Below, one piece after another: positions 16,844 to 26,647 of a stretch of DNA of 54,844 bases. Numbering within the stretch: position 1 is the stretch's first letter; each line of letters starts with the position of its first letter. Location: positions 1 to 54,844 of the forward strand of contig CAZUFC010000020.1 of the NCBI GenBank assembly GCA_964619725.1. Direction: 5' to 3'. The stretch is from an uncultured bacterium (lineage in GTDB: Bacteria > CSSED10-310 > CAZUFC01). Under the pieces are notes generated by a model that saw only the letters and a program-made list of their open reading frames with translations, did not search any database and was not told the origin of the DNA. Made by a program: the position numbers and the translations under genes.

Positions 16844-19546
16844 TCAATGCGCTTCGTCCCAATTCTTGCCTGCGCGTACGTCCACCTTCAGCGGTATGCT
16901 AAGTTTTACGGCGCTCTCCATGATTTCGACGACGATTTCTTTCAGATCATCCGCCTCGTTTTCCGGTAATTCGAATACCAGCTCGTCATGCACCTGCATG
17001 ATGATCCGGGAACGCATTCCGCGCTTTTTCAGTTCCGCATCTATTTCAATCATAGCCTTCTTTATGATGTCCGCGGCCGTTCCCTGAACAGGCATATTGA
17101 TGGCTCGTCGCTTGCCCATCTCGAAAACATTGCTGCGTTCGCTCTGCAACTCCGGTATTCTCCGCTTTCGACCCATCAATGTCTCAACATATCCTGTTTC
17201 CGTCGCCTTTCTGACCGTTTTTTCTATGAATTCCTTCACGCCGGAAAACCGCTCAAAATATCGATCTATATAATGCTGCGCCTCTATCACAGGTATTCCC
17301 AACCTCTGCGAAAGTCCATACGCCGTCATACCGTAGTCGATCCCGAAATTAACCGTCTTGGCCTTTCGTCTCTCCTCGACATCCACCTCATCCAGAGGCG
17401 TACCGAATAATTCGGATGCCGTCGCCGCATGAATGTCCGCATCCGACTTAAAATTTTTCATCATAACAGCGTCCTCGGACATATGAGCTAAAATGCGCAA
17501 TTCCATCTGAGAATAATCCGCTGACATCAACAGCGCATCGGAAGTCCCCGGTATGAAAACGCGCCTTATCTTCGATCCCCATTCGCCTCTTATCGGTATA
17601 TTCTGCAAATTAGGCGAACTGCTGCTCAAGCGCCCCGTCTCCGCTACCGCCTGATTATAAGTCGTATGTATCCTCCCTGTTCGCTCATTTATCAGCGACA
17701 ACAATGAATCCACATACGTCGACTTCAGCTTTGCGAAATTCCTGTATTCCAGAACCTTCTTCGGGATCAATCCATGAAAATAACTCATGCTCGCAAGCTT
17801 CGACAAAGCCTTCTCATCCGTCGACCATCCATGCACCGTTTTTCTTATTCCATCTGTCGGCATGTTGAGCTTTTCATATAAAATATGACTCATCTGCTTC
17901 GAAGAATTCAGATTGAACTCCTCTCCCGCAAGCATGTATATCTCCTTCTCCAGCTTTCCGATCTCCAACTCCAATTCCTTCGACAACTCCTCCAATATCA
18001 CCGGATCAACCTTTACTCCCGTCTCCTCCATTCCCCTTAAAACCTCGATCAACGGCAACTCAAGCTCCTGGAATAATCCCATCAGTCCTTCTTCTGACAG
18101 TTCCTCCTTATATATATTATACAATCTCAACGTCGCATCAGAATCCTCGCCCGCATACTCCGCCGCCGCCTTAATACTCGTCTCATCCATGCATATCTGC
18201 TTTTTGCCCGTTCCTATCAGTTCTTTAATCGACGTTTTCTGCGCATTGAGACGGTCCAGGGTCAGATCATCCAGGTTATGGCGTCTTCGCTCCGGTTCGA
18301 GCAAATAGGAGGCCAGCATCGTATCGAAAATCACATTTTTTATAGTTAACCCGGCCCTTTTTAAAACGTGTAAATCATATTTTATATTATGTCCGATTTT
18401 CCCCGTTCGTTCATTCTCCAGCACGGGTTTCAAAACGGCGGTAACTTCTTCGATGGACAATTGCTTTTCGACCTTTTTATGCCCGACAGGAATATAAAAA
18501 GCGGCATTTTCCTGAATGCTGATGGAAATTCCTACAAGATCGGCCGAAACGGCATCCGTGGAGGTCGTTTCCGTATCGATCGAAAAATATTCCGCCTCAT
18601 CCAATTTTTTTCGCAGAGAATGCAGCCCCTCCGCAGAATCGATCACTCTGTAGTCGGCATCCTTCTTCAACAGAGGGACGTTCAATTCATCCAGTAAATT
18701 TCTGAAATCCAGTTCCATAAAAACATTGCGCAGTTCGTCTGAAGCAGCCTTACGAACCTTTAAGGTTTGTGTAGCAACGTCCATTTCCACATCTGTTCTA
18801 ATCTCCGCCAGGTATTTCCACAACGGCAAATCTTTTTCATAGGCCTCCAGCTTTTTGCGAACGCTCTTGTTTTTGACCTGATCGATATTTTCCAGCAAAG
18901 TTTCAACATCGCCGAATTGTTTGATGAGTTTGACGGCGGTCACCGGACCTACGCCTGGAATTCCCGGAATATTGTCGCTTTTGTCGCCCATTATGGCCAA
19001 CAAATCAGGTATCTTGGCAGGCTCAACGCCGTATTTTTCTTTCACTTCGCCCGGCCCGTAATGTTCCAGGTCGGATATTCCCTTGCGAATGAAAAGAACA
19101 CTTACATTGGAAGATATTAATTGAAGCAGGTCTTTATCTCCCGATACGATGATAACCTGATAACCTTGATCTGCGAATTTACCCGCGACGGTTCCGATCA
19201 GATCATCCGCTTCATATCCCGGTTTTTCCAGAATATTCAATCGATAACCCTCGATGATCTTCCTGACCCACGACAATTGATTCCGTATCGGTTCCGGCAT
19301 GGGCGGCCTGTCCTTCTTGTAGTCCTCGAATGCCTTCTTTCTTATGGTTTTTTCCTTAGAGTCAAAAGCAATCCCCAGATACTCCGGATTATACTCCTTC
19401 AACAGCTTTATCAGCATGCGCGTAAAACCGTAACATACGCCCGTTTCCATTCCCTTTTTATTCTGTAAGTTCGCATTACCCAGAGCATAATGCGCCCTGT
19501 AAAGCAAATTGTAAGCATCTAAAAGAAAAAGTTTCCTATAACGCAT
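16844..19546 (-). CDS. polA: DNA polymerase I
   Basis: 5'-3' exonuclease (LLDAYNLLYRAHYA, EADD, GDKSDNIPG), 3'-5' exonuclease (DTETT), polymerase motifs (TGRLSSSSPNLQNIP, ADYSQMELR, RRKAKTVNFG, QVHDELVFE). Confidence 0.97.
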   Translation of the reverse strand: MRYRKLFLLDAYNLLYRAHYALGNANLQNKKGMETGVCYGFTRMLIKLLKEYNPEYLGIAFDSKEKTIRKKAFEDYKKDRPPMPEPIRNQLSWVRKIIEGYRLNILEKPGYEADDLIGTVAGKFADQGYQVIIVSGDKDLLQLISSNVSVLFIRKGISDLEHYGPGEVKEKYGVEPAKIPDLLAIMGDKSDNIPGIPGVGPVTAVKLIKQFGDVETLLENIDQVKNKSVRKKLEAYEKDLPLWKYLAEIRTDVEMDVATQTLKVRKAASDELRNVFMELDFRNLLDELNVPLLKKDADYRVIDSAEGLHSLRKKLDEAEYFSIDTETTSTDAVSADLVGISISIQENAAFYIPVGHKKVEKQLSIEEVTAVLKPVLENERTGKIGHNIKYDLHVLKRAGLTIKNVIFDTMLASYLLEPERRRHNLDDLTLDRLNAQKTSIKELIGTGKKQICMDETSIKAAAEYAGEDSDATLRLYNIYKEELSEEGLMGLFQELELPLIEVLRGMEETGVKVDPVILEELSKELELEIGKLEKEIYMLAGEEFNLNSSKQMSHILYEKLNMPTDGIRKTVHGWSTDEKALSKLASMSYFHGLIPKKVLEYRNFAKLKSTYVDSLLSLINERTGRIHTTYNQAVAETGRLSSSSPNLQNIPIRGEWGSKIRRVFIPGTSDALLMSADYSQMELRILAHMSEDAVMMKNFKSDADIHAATASELFGTPLDEVDVEERRKAKTVNFGIDYGMTAYGLSQRLGIPVIEAQHYIDRYFERFSGVKEFIEKTVRKATETGYVETLMGRKRRIPELQSERSNVFEMGKRRAINMPVQGTAADIIKKAMIEIDAELKKRGMRSRIIMQVHDELVFELPENEADDLKEIVVEIMESAVKLSIPLKVDVRAGKNWDEAH

Positions 19547-19688
19547 TCTTCAGACTCCCGCACTATTAATAACCTATCCCCTCACATCCATCATTCAGAA
19601 CCGCTGTAACTGCTGCTCCGCTTCCGGACCGTAAACTGAATATTTTTTTGAATCGTTCCCCGTCAAACCGAACGACCGATCAGCTTGA

Positions 19689-21047
19689 TCACTTCGCAAA
19701 ACTCATCAAAGACGCTGATCGACAAGGACTTCTCAATTTCTTCAACGCTCCCGCCTCTATCTGCCTTACCCTCTCCCGCGTCAATCCGATATGCCGGCCT
19801 ATTTCATCCAACGTCCATTCCTTTTCTTCGTCTATCCCATATCTTAACTGCAATACCGTCCTCTCTTTTTCCGACAACAGATTAATCACCTCCCGGACGT
19901 GACGCTTCAATTCTTCCAGTCCCGCCTTCTCCTCCGGATGCAAGCTGTTCTTGTCCACCAGCACGTCCTGTAAGCTCCCGTCCTCCTCGTCATTGAAAGG
20001 CGCAAAAAGCGAAAAAATGTGACGATCAATATTGATGACCTGGTGCAAAATTTCCGGCGACTTCCCCAGAAGTTCACCCAGTTCGCCCATCGACGGCTTC
20101 CTCTGCTCTTCCTGCAATATCCTGTTCTGCACTCGTGAAATAGTGTTTATTATCTCATTCAAATGCACCGGCAACCTGATCAATCGACTCTGATTAGACA
20201 ACGCCCGCTTGATCGACTGCTTTATCCACCACGTTGCATAAGTGGAAAATCGGCATCCCTTCCTGAAATCAAACTTCTGCACTGCCTTCATCAATCCCAT
20301 GTTGCCTTCCTGCAATAAATCCGAAAAAGGTATCCCCCTGTTGCAGTATCGCTTCGCTATACTCACTACCAATCGTAAATTACCTAACGTCATCCTGTCT
20401 TCCGTTTTCCGCAAATAATACTGCAACTTACGGTATCGCTTGAAAGTCCCGTAAAATTTCTCCTGATATTCCGCGCTCCGGTACTCCAAATTCCTCTTTA
20501 ATCGCTTCTCAATTAAAAATACAAATGAATTCCGCGGCTCCAACTCACTGAATAACTTCAATATCCGCGCACTCAACTTGCGCATTATCATTCGCTCCTC
20601 TTTGCCAGACGCAATCAATGCGCGCTTCTTATAAAATAAAGTCTCCAGTTCCTCAATCTGCTCCATGACCCAGCGGTCCTTCTTCTTTTTATCGCGAGGC
20701 GCAAACAAATCCACACGGCTCGCCGCAAAATATTCACTCGGCCTCTTCTCTTCATCAAACTCCCTGAAATAACTGATGACCGCCTCAATAAACGGGTCCC
20801 ATTTCGTTAATACTCCGTTCTTCATCTTCACCAGGCGCTCCCGCTTACGGGCCAATCGCCCCTCATCCTCCCGGTTTAATCCGCTTTGAACTTTCATGTC
20901 CTTAAAATACAATACTACCGGGTCCTCATTATGACGGGACGAATATCCATGATCTTTAGATTTACCCTTTTTAGGGGATTTAGTTCCCGTGCAAGCCTCT
21001 TTCGGCCAGGCGCCGGTTCCTCTTTTTACCGAAGATATTTTATCCAT
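19689..21047 (-). CDS. RNA polymerase sigma70 factor, RpoD/RpoS family, probably non-primary (group 2-like)
   Basis: Region 1.2 [11 protein letters not shown]; region 2 [40 protein letters not shown]; region 4 [16 protein letters not shown]; basic N-terminus with no acidic region 1.1. Confidence 0.88.
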   Translation of the reverse strand: MDKISSVKRGTGAWPKEACTGTKSPKKGKSKDHGYSSRHNEDPVVLYFKDMKVQSGLNREDEGRLARKRERLVKMKNGVLTKWDPFIEAVISYFREFDEEKRPSEYFAASRVDLFAPRDKKKKDRWVMEQIEELETLFYKKRALIASGKEERMIMRKLSARILKLFSELEPRNSFVFLIEKRLKRNLEYRSAEYQEKFYGTFKRYRKLQYYLRKTEDRMTLGNLRLVVSIAKRYCNRGIPFSDLLQEGNMGLMKAVQKFDFRKGCRFSTYATWWIKQSIKRALSNQSRLIRLPVHLNEIINTISRVQNRILQEEQRKPSMGELGELLGKSPEILHQVINIDRHIFSLFAPFNDEEDGSLQDVLVDKNSLHPEEKAGLEELKRHVREVINLLSEKERTVLQLRYGIDEEKEWTLDEIGRHIGLTRERVRQIEAGALKKLRSPCRSASLMSFAK

Positions 21048-21122
21048 CTTTTTTCCCCACCCTAGACAATTTTCAGCGTATCAAACCAAACCCTTGAAAG
21101 TCTCGTAACCTTTTACTCTAAT

Positions 21123-21151
21123 ATAATAATTCCATATAATTTGAGAGTCAA
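21123..21151 (-). promoter_or_regulatory. Sigma70 promoter of the sigma factor gene
   Basis: TTGACT-17 nt-TATTAT on the minus strand, ~75 nt upstream of the ATG at 21047. Confidence 0.65.
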
Positions 21152-21259
21152 ATTTTTTTACTGATATCAGGATCGCACAGAATTTTTTTTAAAAATCGCC
21201 CAGTTCGTTTGCCCCTTAACGGCAAATTTCACAGTAACCTGAAATTACAGCGGCCGCAA

Positions 21260-21457
21260 TCATGTGAAATGCACCATTCGCTCAGCCTGACATATGCCTT
21301 TAAGCCAACTCACCGATTGCTGACAGGTTTCGCAACAACGATCCCCCAAAACATGCGCCGCCCCTTCCTTGTTCGCCCCTTGATTCGGGATGATTCCCGC
21401 TGCTGCTTGTTTTTTCAGAAACCTCAGTACCTGCCCGTTAATGGATATATCTTTCAT
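21260..21457 (-). CDS. Small hypothetical protein, 65 aa, Cys-containing
   Basis: ORF directly downstream of the 84-aa ORF on the same strand; weak RBS; CCETC..C cluster. Confidence 0.35.
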   Translation of the reverse strand: MKDISINGQVLRFLKKQAAAGIIPNQGANKEGAAHVLGDRCCETCQQSVSWLKGICQAERMVHFT

Positions 21458-21481
21458 AAAGCCTTTGTGTAAAAAAACTCG

Positions 21482-21736
21482 CTAATTTCCGCACTCCACC
21501 AACTCTGAAGTCAAATGCTTACCGGGGGCTTTGCCGTTCTTCCCGTTCGATCCCGCACTGCCGTTGCATTTGTTGTTCTCAGTTACGCAGGATATTAACT
21601 CAGCCGTAAACTGAATAATCTGAGAGTCTGAAAAACCATTTTCATTTAATTCTTTAAAAAGCGTCCTGGCCAGCAATTTAGGCGCTTGAGAGGACATTTT
21701 TTGAATTGCCTTGATTTTTTTTGTCATCGGACTCAT
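21482..21736 (-). CDS. Small hypothetical helical protein, 84 aa
   Basis: AGGAGTGAGG upstream; amphipathic core LLARTLFKELNENGFSDSQIIQFTAELISCVT; directly downstream of a sigma54-type promoter. Confidence 0.7.
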   Translation of the reverse strand: MSPMTKKIKAIQKMSSQAPKLLARTLFKELNENGFSDSQIIQFTAELISCVTENNKCNGSAGSNGKNGKAPGKHLTSELVECGN

Positions 21737-21796
21737 TTTCGTTCTACAACCTCACTCCTGTCAAAGCGTTCCGAAATTCATTCCGGCCATGCATGT

Positions 21797-21812
21797 AGCA
21801 ATTATCGTACCG
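21797..21812 (-). promoter_or_regulatory. Sigma54 (-24/-12) promoter
   Basis: CGGTACG-ATAA-TTGCT matches TGGCACG-N4-TTGCW with correct GG/GC spacing. Confidence 0.7.
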
Positions 21813-21943
21813 AAAAAGAAAACAAAAAGTCCGCTCATTTGTATTTTATTCGTTAGAGTTTGATTTACAAATAATTAGGGACAGGCATAACGGGAGATGA
21901 GAGAGTAAAAAGAAGAGCTGATTTGACCTATTAATTTTGAATC

Positions 21944-21983
21944 GTGTCGAAAACGACACAATGAAGTGTTGCAAAAAAGACAC
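21944..21983. promoter_or_regulatory. Candidate enhancer (bEBP) binding sites
   Basis: Perfect palindrome GTGTCG-AAAA-CGACAC (21944-21959) and degenerate GTGTTGCAAAAAAGACAC (21966-21983), ~130-170 bp upstream of the sigma54 promoter. Confidence 0.55.
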
Positions 21984-22000
21984 GTACTGGAGAGTTAATA

Positions 22001-22873
22001 TCATGAAAAATAAAGTATGGCTGTGACGGAGAGTATCCAGAGAGACAAATCGATAATCATGGGTTTATCGCTGAGCAGGATTAGTTCCGGGCTTCCGCCG
22101 AGATTTTTTTTATGTACGAGGTAGAGGTATCGGAAGATGCCGAAGAGAACGAAGGGTATGGTGAACTGGAGATTAGTGGTATGGAATTCAGTGCGAACTT
22201 TTTCTGAGATGGTATAGAGTGCGTATGACATGAAAGCTGAGGCTGTAACGACGGCAATCATCTGGTCGAGGAGTTCGTCAGAGTATTCTTCGAGTACGAG
22301 TCTGTGTTTAGAGGGCATTTCATTAGCGAGCATGAGTTCATTTCTTCTTTTGCATAGACCGAGGAATAGTGCGAGCAGCAGAGTGCAGACGAGTAGCCAT
22401 GGAGAGATTTCGACGTCGATGACGACGGCGCCGGCGACGGCTCTGAGGACGAATCCGACGGCAATGGTGAGGACATCAACGATGACCTGATTTTTGAGAT
22501 AAAAGGAGTATCCCAGATTCATGAAGAAGTAGACCAGGCAGATTATTCCGAATTCGGTATGGAGCAGGAATGCGGAGAAGAAGGAGAGTATGATGATGAA
22601 TCCTGCGATAATTCCTGCGGGTATTCTTCCGAGTTTACCGGAAGCGATGGGTCTTTTTTTCTTTTCGGGATGGTTTCTGTCTTTTTCAGCATCGATGATG
22701 TCGTTAATGATGTAGACGGAGCCGGATACGGCGCAGAAGAGGAGAAAGGCAGCGATGACTTTGCCCAGAAGCAGGAGTTGGAAGATATTTTTTGAAAAGA
22801 GCAGACCTGCGAAGACGAAGGCGTTTTTAGTCCATTGTTTGGGTCTCATTGTTTGAAGAATTAAACGTAACAT
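22001..22873 (-). CDS. Decaprenyl-phosphate phosphoribosyltransferase (UbiA family, Rv3806c-like)
   Basis: MRPKQWTKN, YIINDIID...DRNHPEKKKRPIASG, LFLGLCKRRNEL, FGIFRYL motifs; multiple TM helices. Confidence 0.88.
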   Translation of the reverse strand: MLRLILQTMRPKQWTKNAFVFAGLLFSKNIFQLLLLGKVIAAFLLFCAVSGSVYIINDIIDAEKDRNHPEKKKRPIASGKLGRIPAGIIAGFIIILSFFSAFLLHTEFGIICLVYFFMNLGYSFYLKNQVIVDVLTIAVGFVLRAVAGAVVIDVEISPWLLVCTLLLALFLGLCKRRNELMLANEMPSKHRLVLEEYSDELLDQMIAVVTASAFMSYALYTISEKVRTEFHTTNLQFTIPFVLFGIFRYLYLVHKKNLGGSPELILLSDKPMIIDLSLWILSVTAILYFS

Positions 22874-22882
22874 AATTTCATC

Positions 22883-23869
22883 CTAGATATAAAGAGCGAG
22901 AAAAACGGTTGTAAGCCAGACAGTGGTGTTAATCATCATGGGGGCATCCCGGATAATGACGAGTTCGCTGCCGGTTTTCAGGTCTCTGCGATGTATCAGG
23001 TAGAGGTAACGCAGCACTCCGTAGACGACGAAAGGGAGGGTATAGAGGAGATTCTCAGCGCCCAGGTCGTATCTGACGTGATCCGATACGGTATAGAGGG
23101 TATAGGCTATCAGAACGGCTGATCCTACGATAGCTATCATCTGGTCGAGCAGTTTTCGGCTGTAGTGTCCCAGGACGGGTCTCTTGATGCCGAATTCCGT
23201 GCTCCCGGTCACCAGTTCGTTTCTGCGTTTACCGAGCGACACGATCAAGGCGGCGAGAAAGGTGCAGATAAGCAGCCAGGGGGAGACGCTGACGTCCAGA
23301 ATAGCGGCGCCGCCTGAAGCTTTTATGGAAAATTCCACGCCCAGGACCATCACATCGATCAGAACTACCGGGGTCAGGAAAACGTCATGACAGAAACTGA
23401 CAAGAACGTAAAGCAAACAAAGTATTCCGAATTCAATTCTGATAAAGAAGCAGCAAGCCAGAATGAGTATCAAACTTATCATCAGCAATAAAAGGGGATG
23501 CCTGGTGAAAGAATTGAAAGGATGAGAAACAGATCTTTTTCTGGCCAGCATCGATGAACTGCCGACGACAACGACGACCGTCAGAGCGCTCAAGAGCATA
23601 AATCCGACGATTGAGAGCAAAACGCTGCGCGGTTCGCCCACTTTACCGGCAAAAATTAAACCTGAAAAGAAAACCGCATTCTGAATCAGTTGTCTGCACA
23701 GATTTTTTAATTCGATATCGTTTAGGATGGAACCTGGTTTAATCATGTTCATTGAAAGAAGGGAAAAGGATTCACCTTTTTTCCGGCGACGCCGGTAAGG
23801 AGATATCTTAGGCGAACCTGACGAGTTTTTCAAGTTAAAACGAGAAGCATCATTTTGAAAACTTGACAC
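22883..23869 (-). CDS. Second, degenerate DPPR-synthase-like UbiA paralogue (start uncertain, likely near 23752)
   Basis: C-terminal two-thirds parallel the neighbour (SPWLLICTFL..LGKRRNEL..YS..LLDQMIAIV..YTLYT..PFVVYGVLRYLYL.H), but the NDxxD/HPxKxxRP motif is absent. Confidence 0.75.
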   Translation of the reverse strand: MSSFQNDASRFNLKNSSGSPKISPYRRRRKKGESFSLLSMNMIKPGSILNDIELKNLCRQLIQNAVFFSGLIFAGKVGEPRSVLLSIVGFMLLSALTVVVVVGSSSMLARKRSVSHPFNSFTRHPLLLLMISLILILACCFFIRIEFGILCLLYVLVSFCHDVFLTPVVLIDVMVLGVEFSIKASGGAAILDVSVSPWLLICTFLAALIVSLGKRRNELVTGSTEFGIKRPVLGHYSRKLLDQMIAIVGSAVLIAYTLYTVSDHVRYDLGAENLLYTLPFVVYGVLRYLYLIHRRDLKTGSELVIIRDAPMMINTTVWLTTVFLALYI

Positions 23870-23948
23870 GATTTCAGCGATTTTAGAATATAGAAACCGC
23901 CGACCAAGAGTTGTGCATTGATTTGGAACATTTTATCGCTATGCCCAG

Positions 23949-24776
23949 ATGAAAAGAACGGCCCCAGAAACTTATCAATTCCCTGTTGCGGTGCTGGACT
24001 CCGGCATTGGAGGTTTATCGCTTCTTGTTGAGCTTCGAGAATTGTTGCCGAAGGAAAATTATATATATTTTGCTGATTTTCTTTGCGTGCCTTACGGAAT
24101 AAAATCGAAACGCCAGATAAGCCGTCAGGTCTCGACCATAACGCAGCAACTATATGAAAAGGGGATTAAGGCCGTCACGCTGGCGTGCAATACCGCAACT
24201 TCAGCCGCAGTCGCAGACCTGCGGCGCACATTCCCGATTTCGATCATCGGCATGGAACCTGCGCTTAAACCTGCTGTTGAAATATCGCAAACCGGTTTAA
24301 TCGCTGTTCTGGCCACGCCATTGACCCTGAGAGAAGAAAAATATTCCGCTCTGGCCCGCCGCTTCAAAAGCGAAAAAAAAATCATCCCCGTTCCGTGCGG
24401 CGAACTGGTAAGTTGCATTGAAAACGAAGATTATCTTAGTCCGAGTATCGCTGCAAAACTCCAATCTCTGCTGGAACCCACCCTAAACGCGGGAGCCGAC
24501 GTGATCGTCCTAGGTTGCACTCACTTCAACTTCCTCATCTCTGCCTTGAAATCCTTTATCCCGGCTCATGTAAAAATCCTGGACGGGAACAAAGGTACGG
24601 CGCGTCAATTGAAAAAAATCCTGCAGGAAAATCAAATTCTCAACAGGCAAAATGAAGCCGGCAAAATTCAGTTTCTGGGCAGCGGCGACCATCCCGAAGA
24701 AAAATTGTTAGGTTGCTGGAAAAAAGCCCTTTCCTTGCCCAGGGCTGATCCCGGACCTAAGCAAAGCTGTTCATAA
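23949..24776 (+). CDS. murI: Glutamate racemase
   Basis: DSGIGGLS, VPYG.KS, LACNTATS and VLGCTHF with both catalytic Cys. Confidence 0.95.
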   Translation: MKRTAPETYQFPVAVLDSGIGGLSLLVELRELLPKENYIYFADFLCVPYGIKSKRQISRQVSTITQQLYEKGIKAVTLACNTATSAAVADLRRTFPISIIGMEPALKPAVEISQTGLIAVLATPLTLREEKYSALARRFKSEKKIIPVPCGELVSCIENEDYLSPSIAAKLQSLLEPTLNAGADVIVLGCTHFNFLISALKSFIPAHVKILDGNKGTARQLKKILQENQILNRQNEAGKIQFLGSGDHPEEKLLGCWKKALSLPRADPGPKQSCS

Positions 24777-24808
24777 ATTTTAGCGACATCGGGTAATAAG
24801 ACCTTTGC

Positions 24809-24845
24809 GAAGGGCTCTGCCCCCCTGGCAAACCCCTGTCGGACC
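24809..24845 (+). repeat. Short intergenic repeat, family B, copy 2
   Basis: Matches 492-528; lies between the convergent murI and radical SAM gene ends. Confidence 0.6.
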
Positions 24846-24916
24846 ATCAAAACCAGCATTGCGGTGAGCTCTGCTTATTTGTCGGCGCCTTGCCGTTCGG
24901 GCCAGGTCAGAAGCTG

Positions 24917-26326
24917 CTATGAGAGAGCTTCAGCATACTTCAGGATGACGTTCATACTGGTGGCATACTGAAAGACACGGCAGAGGTTCTGTAATTCCTG
25001 GAACTGTTCCGGGGTCCAGTTGGGATGAAAATAACGTGAGACGGCTTTGTTGGTCAGCAGAGGTTCCTTTTTTATATCTATGTTTAAAATACGCGCCGTG
25101 CGGTCACCGTCGGGCGTACCCGGTATGGGGCTGTAAAAAGCTATTTCCGGGTTGGCTCCGATGAAATGGACGCGCCAGAGAATATCCCTAATTTCCCGGA
25201 ATTCCTGTTCAGGCTCTCCGGTCAGGATATAAACATGAATGTCTGCGGAGCGATAACCTGCTCTCTGAAGGCATTCGACTGCGTTTTTCAATATTCGCAG
25301 TCCTTCTGCGGTATTCAGGGATTCAGGGGATTCAGGTATGCTGAGATAGGGATTCTCGAATCCTGCAGCAAACATCAACTGTGCGATAGCGGGATTGACG
25401 TCACGGGCTGACAGGGCATTCGGCGAATGAATTGAAGGACGGAAAGGCAGTTCAAGCAATTTTTTCAATACCGGTTCGGCATGCTCGTCAGATTTATAAA
25501 GGAAGGCATCATCATATAAAACAGCGTTTTTGTTTTTGTTGAGGTGATAGTGATCATTTACGGCGGACTTGATCTGCTTGGGCGTCAACATATTTTCGAC
25601 GCCCTTAAACAATTTATTGGAGGCGCAATAAGGACATCTGTAAGGGCACCCTCTCCTGGTGAGCAGGACGAGATAATCCTTTCGCACGAAACAGCAATCG
25701 TTTTTCTGCAAGGGAACACGATTTCGCTCTTCCGGTTCATTCTGCGGAACGCCTATTCCCAAAATTTCCAGCGCCTCGAATATTTTTTCCTCTCCAGGAC
25801 CTCTGATAATATGATCGACAGGCATAACCCGTGAAGCATGCTCCGGACATAATGTGGGATAGACGCCGCCTAAAACGACGGGAACATCCCCCATAATTTC
25901 TTTTACAAGCTCGACGACTTCAATGATGCCGGGATACCAGTAAGTCATGCCGGAGGTTATAAGTACGGCATCAGGAATCGCCAGGTCTTTCATCTCGGCT
26001 CTGACAGACTCAATCGGCGCGCCGTATCTCTTAAATTTACGGGGAATATCCGCTAAAGAAGCCGGTTTAGAGATCGTTTCAGAATAAAAACGGCTTCGGC
26101 CCGTTCTCTTTTTTTTGTTCCGCCATCCCGAAGGCAATCCGGGATGCTCCGGATCAAGACAATCCACCGTTTCTATCCGGCACCCGCGGCGTCGTAACGC
26201 CTCTGAAATGATGACGGCGCCCAGCGGCCGATACCAGAGATTAAAGGCGGAAAAATCGTGTATCGAGGGATTGACCATTAATATTCGCGGTCCCTTTTTT
26301 TCCGGTCTTTTCATGGTAAACTGCAT
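24917..26326 (-). CDS. B12-binding-domain radical SAM protein
   Basis: N-terminal NPSIHDF..PLG..TSGMTYWYPG..VVLGGVYPTL cobalamin-binding-like domain; RGCPYRCPYC (CxxxCxxC); YDDAFL. Confidence 0.85.
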   Translation of the reverse strand: MQFTMKRPEKKGPRILMVNPSIHDFSAFNLWYRPLGAVIISEALRRRGCRIETVDCLDPEHPGLPSGWRNKKKRTGRSRFYSETISKPASLADIPRKFKRYGAPIESVRAEMKDLAIPDAVLITSGMTYWYPGIIEVVELVKEIMGDVPVVLGGVYPTLCPEHASRVMPVDHIIRGPGEEKIFEALEILGIGVPQNEPEERNRVPLQKNDCCFVRKDYLVLLTRRGCPYRCPYCASNKLFKGVENMLTPKQIKSAVNDHYHLNKNKNAVLYDDAFLYKSDEHAEPVLKKLLELPFRPSIHSPNALSARDVNPAIAQLMFAAGFENPYLSIPESPESLNTAEGLRILKNAVECLQRAGYRSADIHVYILTGEPEQEFREIRDILWRVHFIGANPEIAFYSPIPGTPDGDRTARILNIDIKKEPLLTNKAVSRYFHPNWTPEQFQELQNLCRVFQYATSMNVILKYAEALS

Positions 26327-26397
26327 TCAAATATTGTTAAGAATTATGCGTTCTGGTACAATTGGCTTCACTCGCCTGACGGCTATGGGAGGTCATT

Positions 26398-26619
26398 ATG
26401 GGAAAAGATGAAAGAACTATTTCTGCAGTGGTGGACAGAATTGAAAAAGACCAGGCCGCCCTGGAAATTGAAGGACGCCTATATACCTGGTTCCCCCTGG
26501 AATTGCTGCCTGAAGGAATCAAAGAGGGAGCGGCATTAAAAATGAGTTTGCGAATCGACAAAGAGGATGAAGAACGACGAAAAAAAAGAATCGAAAAGCT
26601 GCAGGACGAAATGCCGTAA
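26398..26619 (+). CDS. DUF3006-like small protein
   Basis: AVVDRIE..A.LE...FPLELLPEGIKEG..L..RID...RRKKRIEKL pattern; GGAGG RBS. Confidence 0.75.
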   Translation: MGKDERTISAVVDRIEKDQAALEIEGRLYTWFPLELLPEGIKEGAALKMSLRIDKEDEERRKKRIEKLQDEMP

Positions 26620-26647
26620 AGTCTCTGCAGCGGAGTTTTTTTAGAAA

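Noticed and set aside
21100-21990. Replication origin at the G/C skew switch
   Set aside because: No dnaA and no cluster of TTATCCACA boxes; similar switches recur several times in the window
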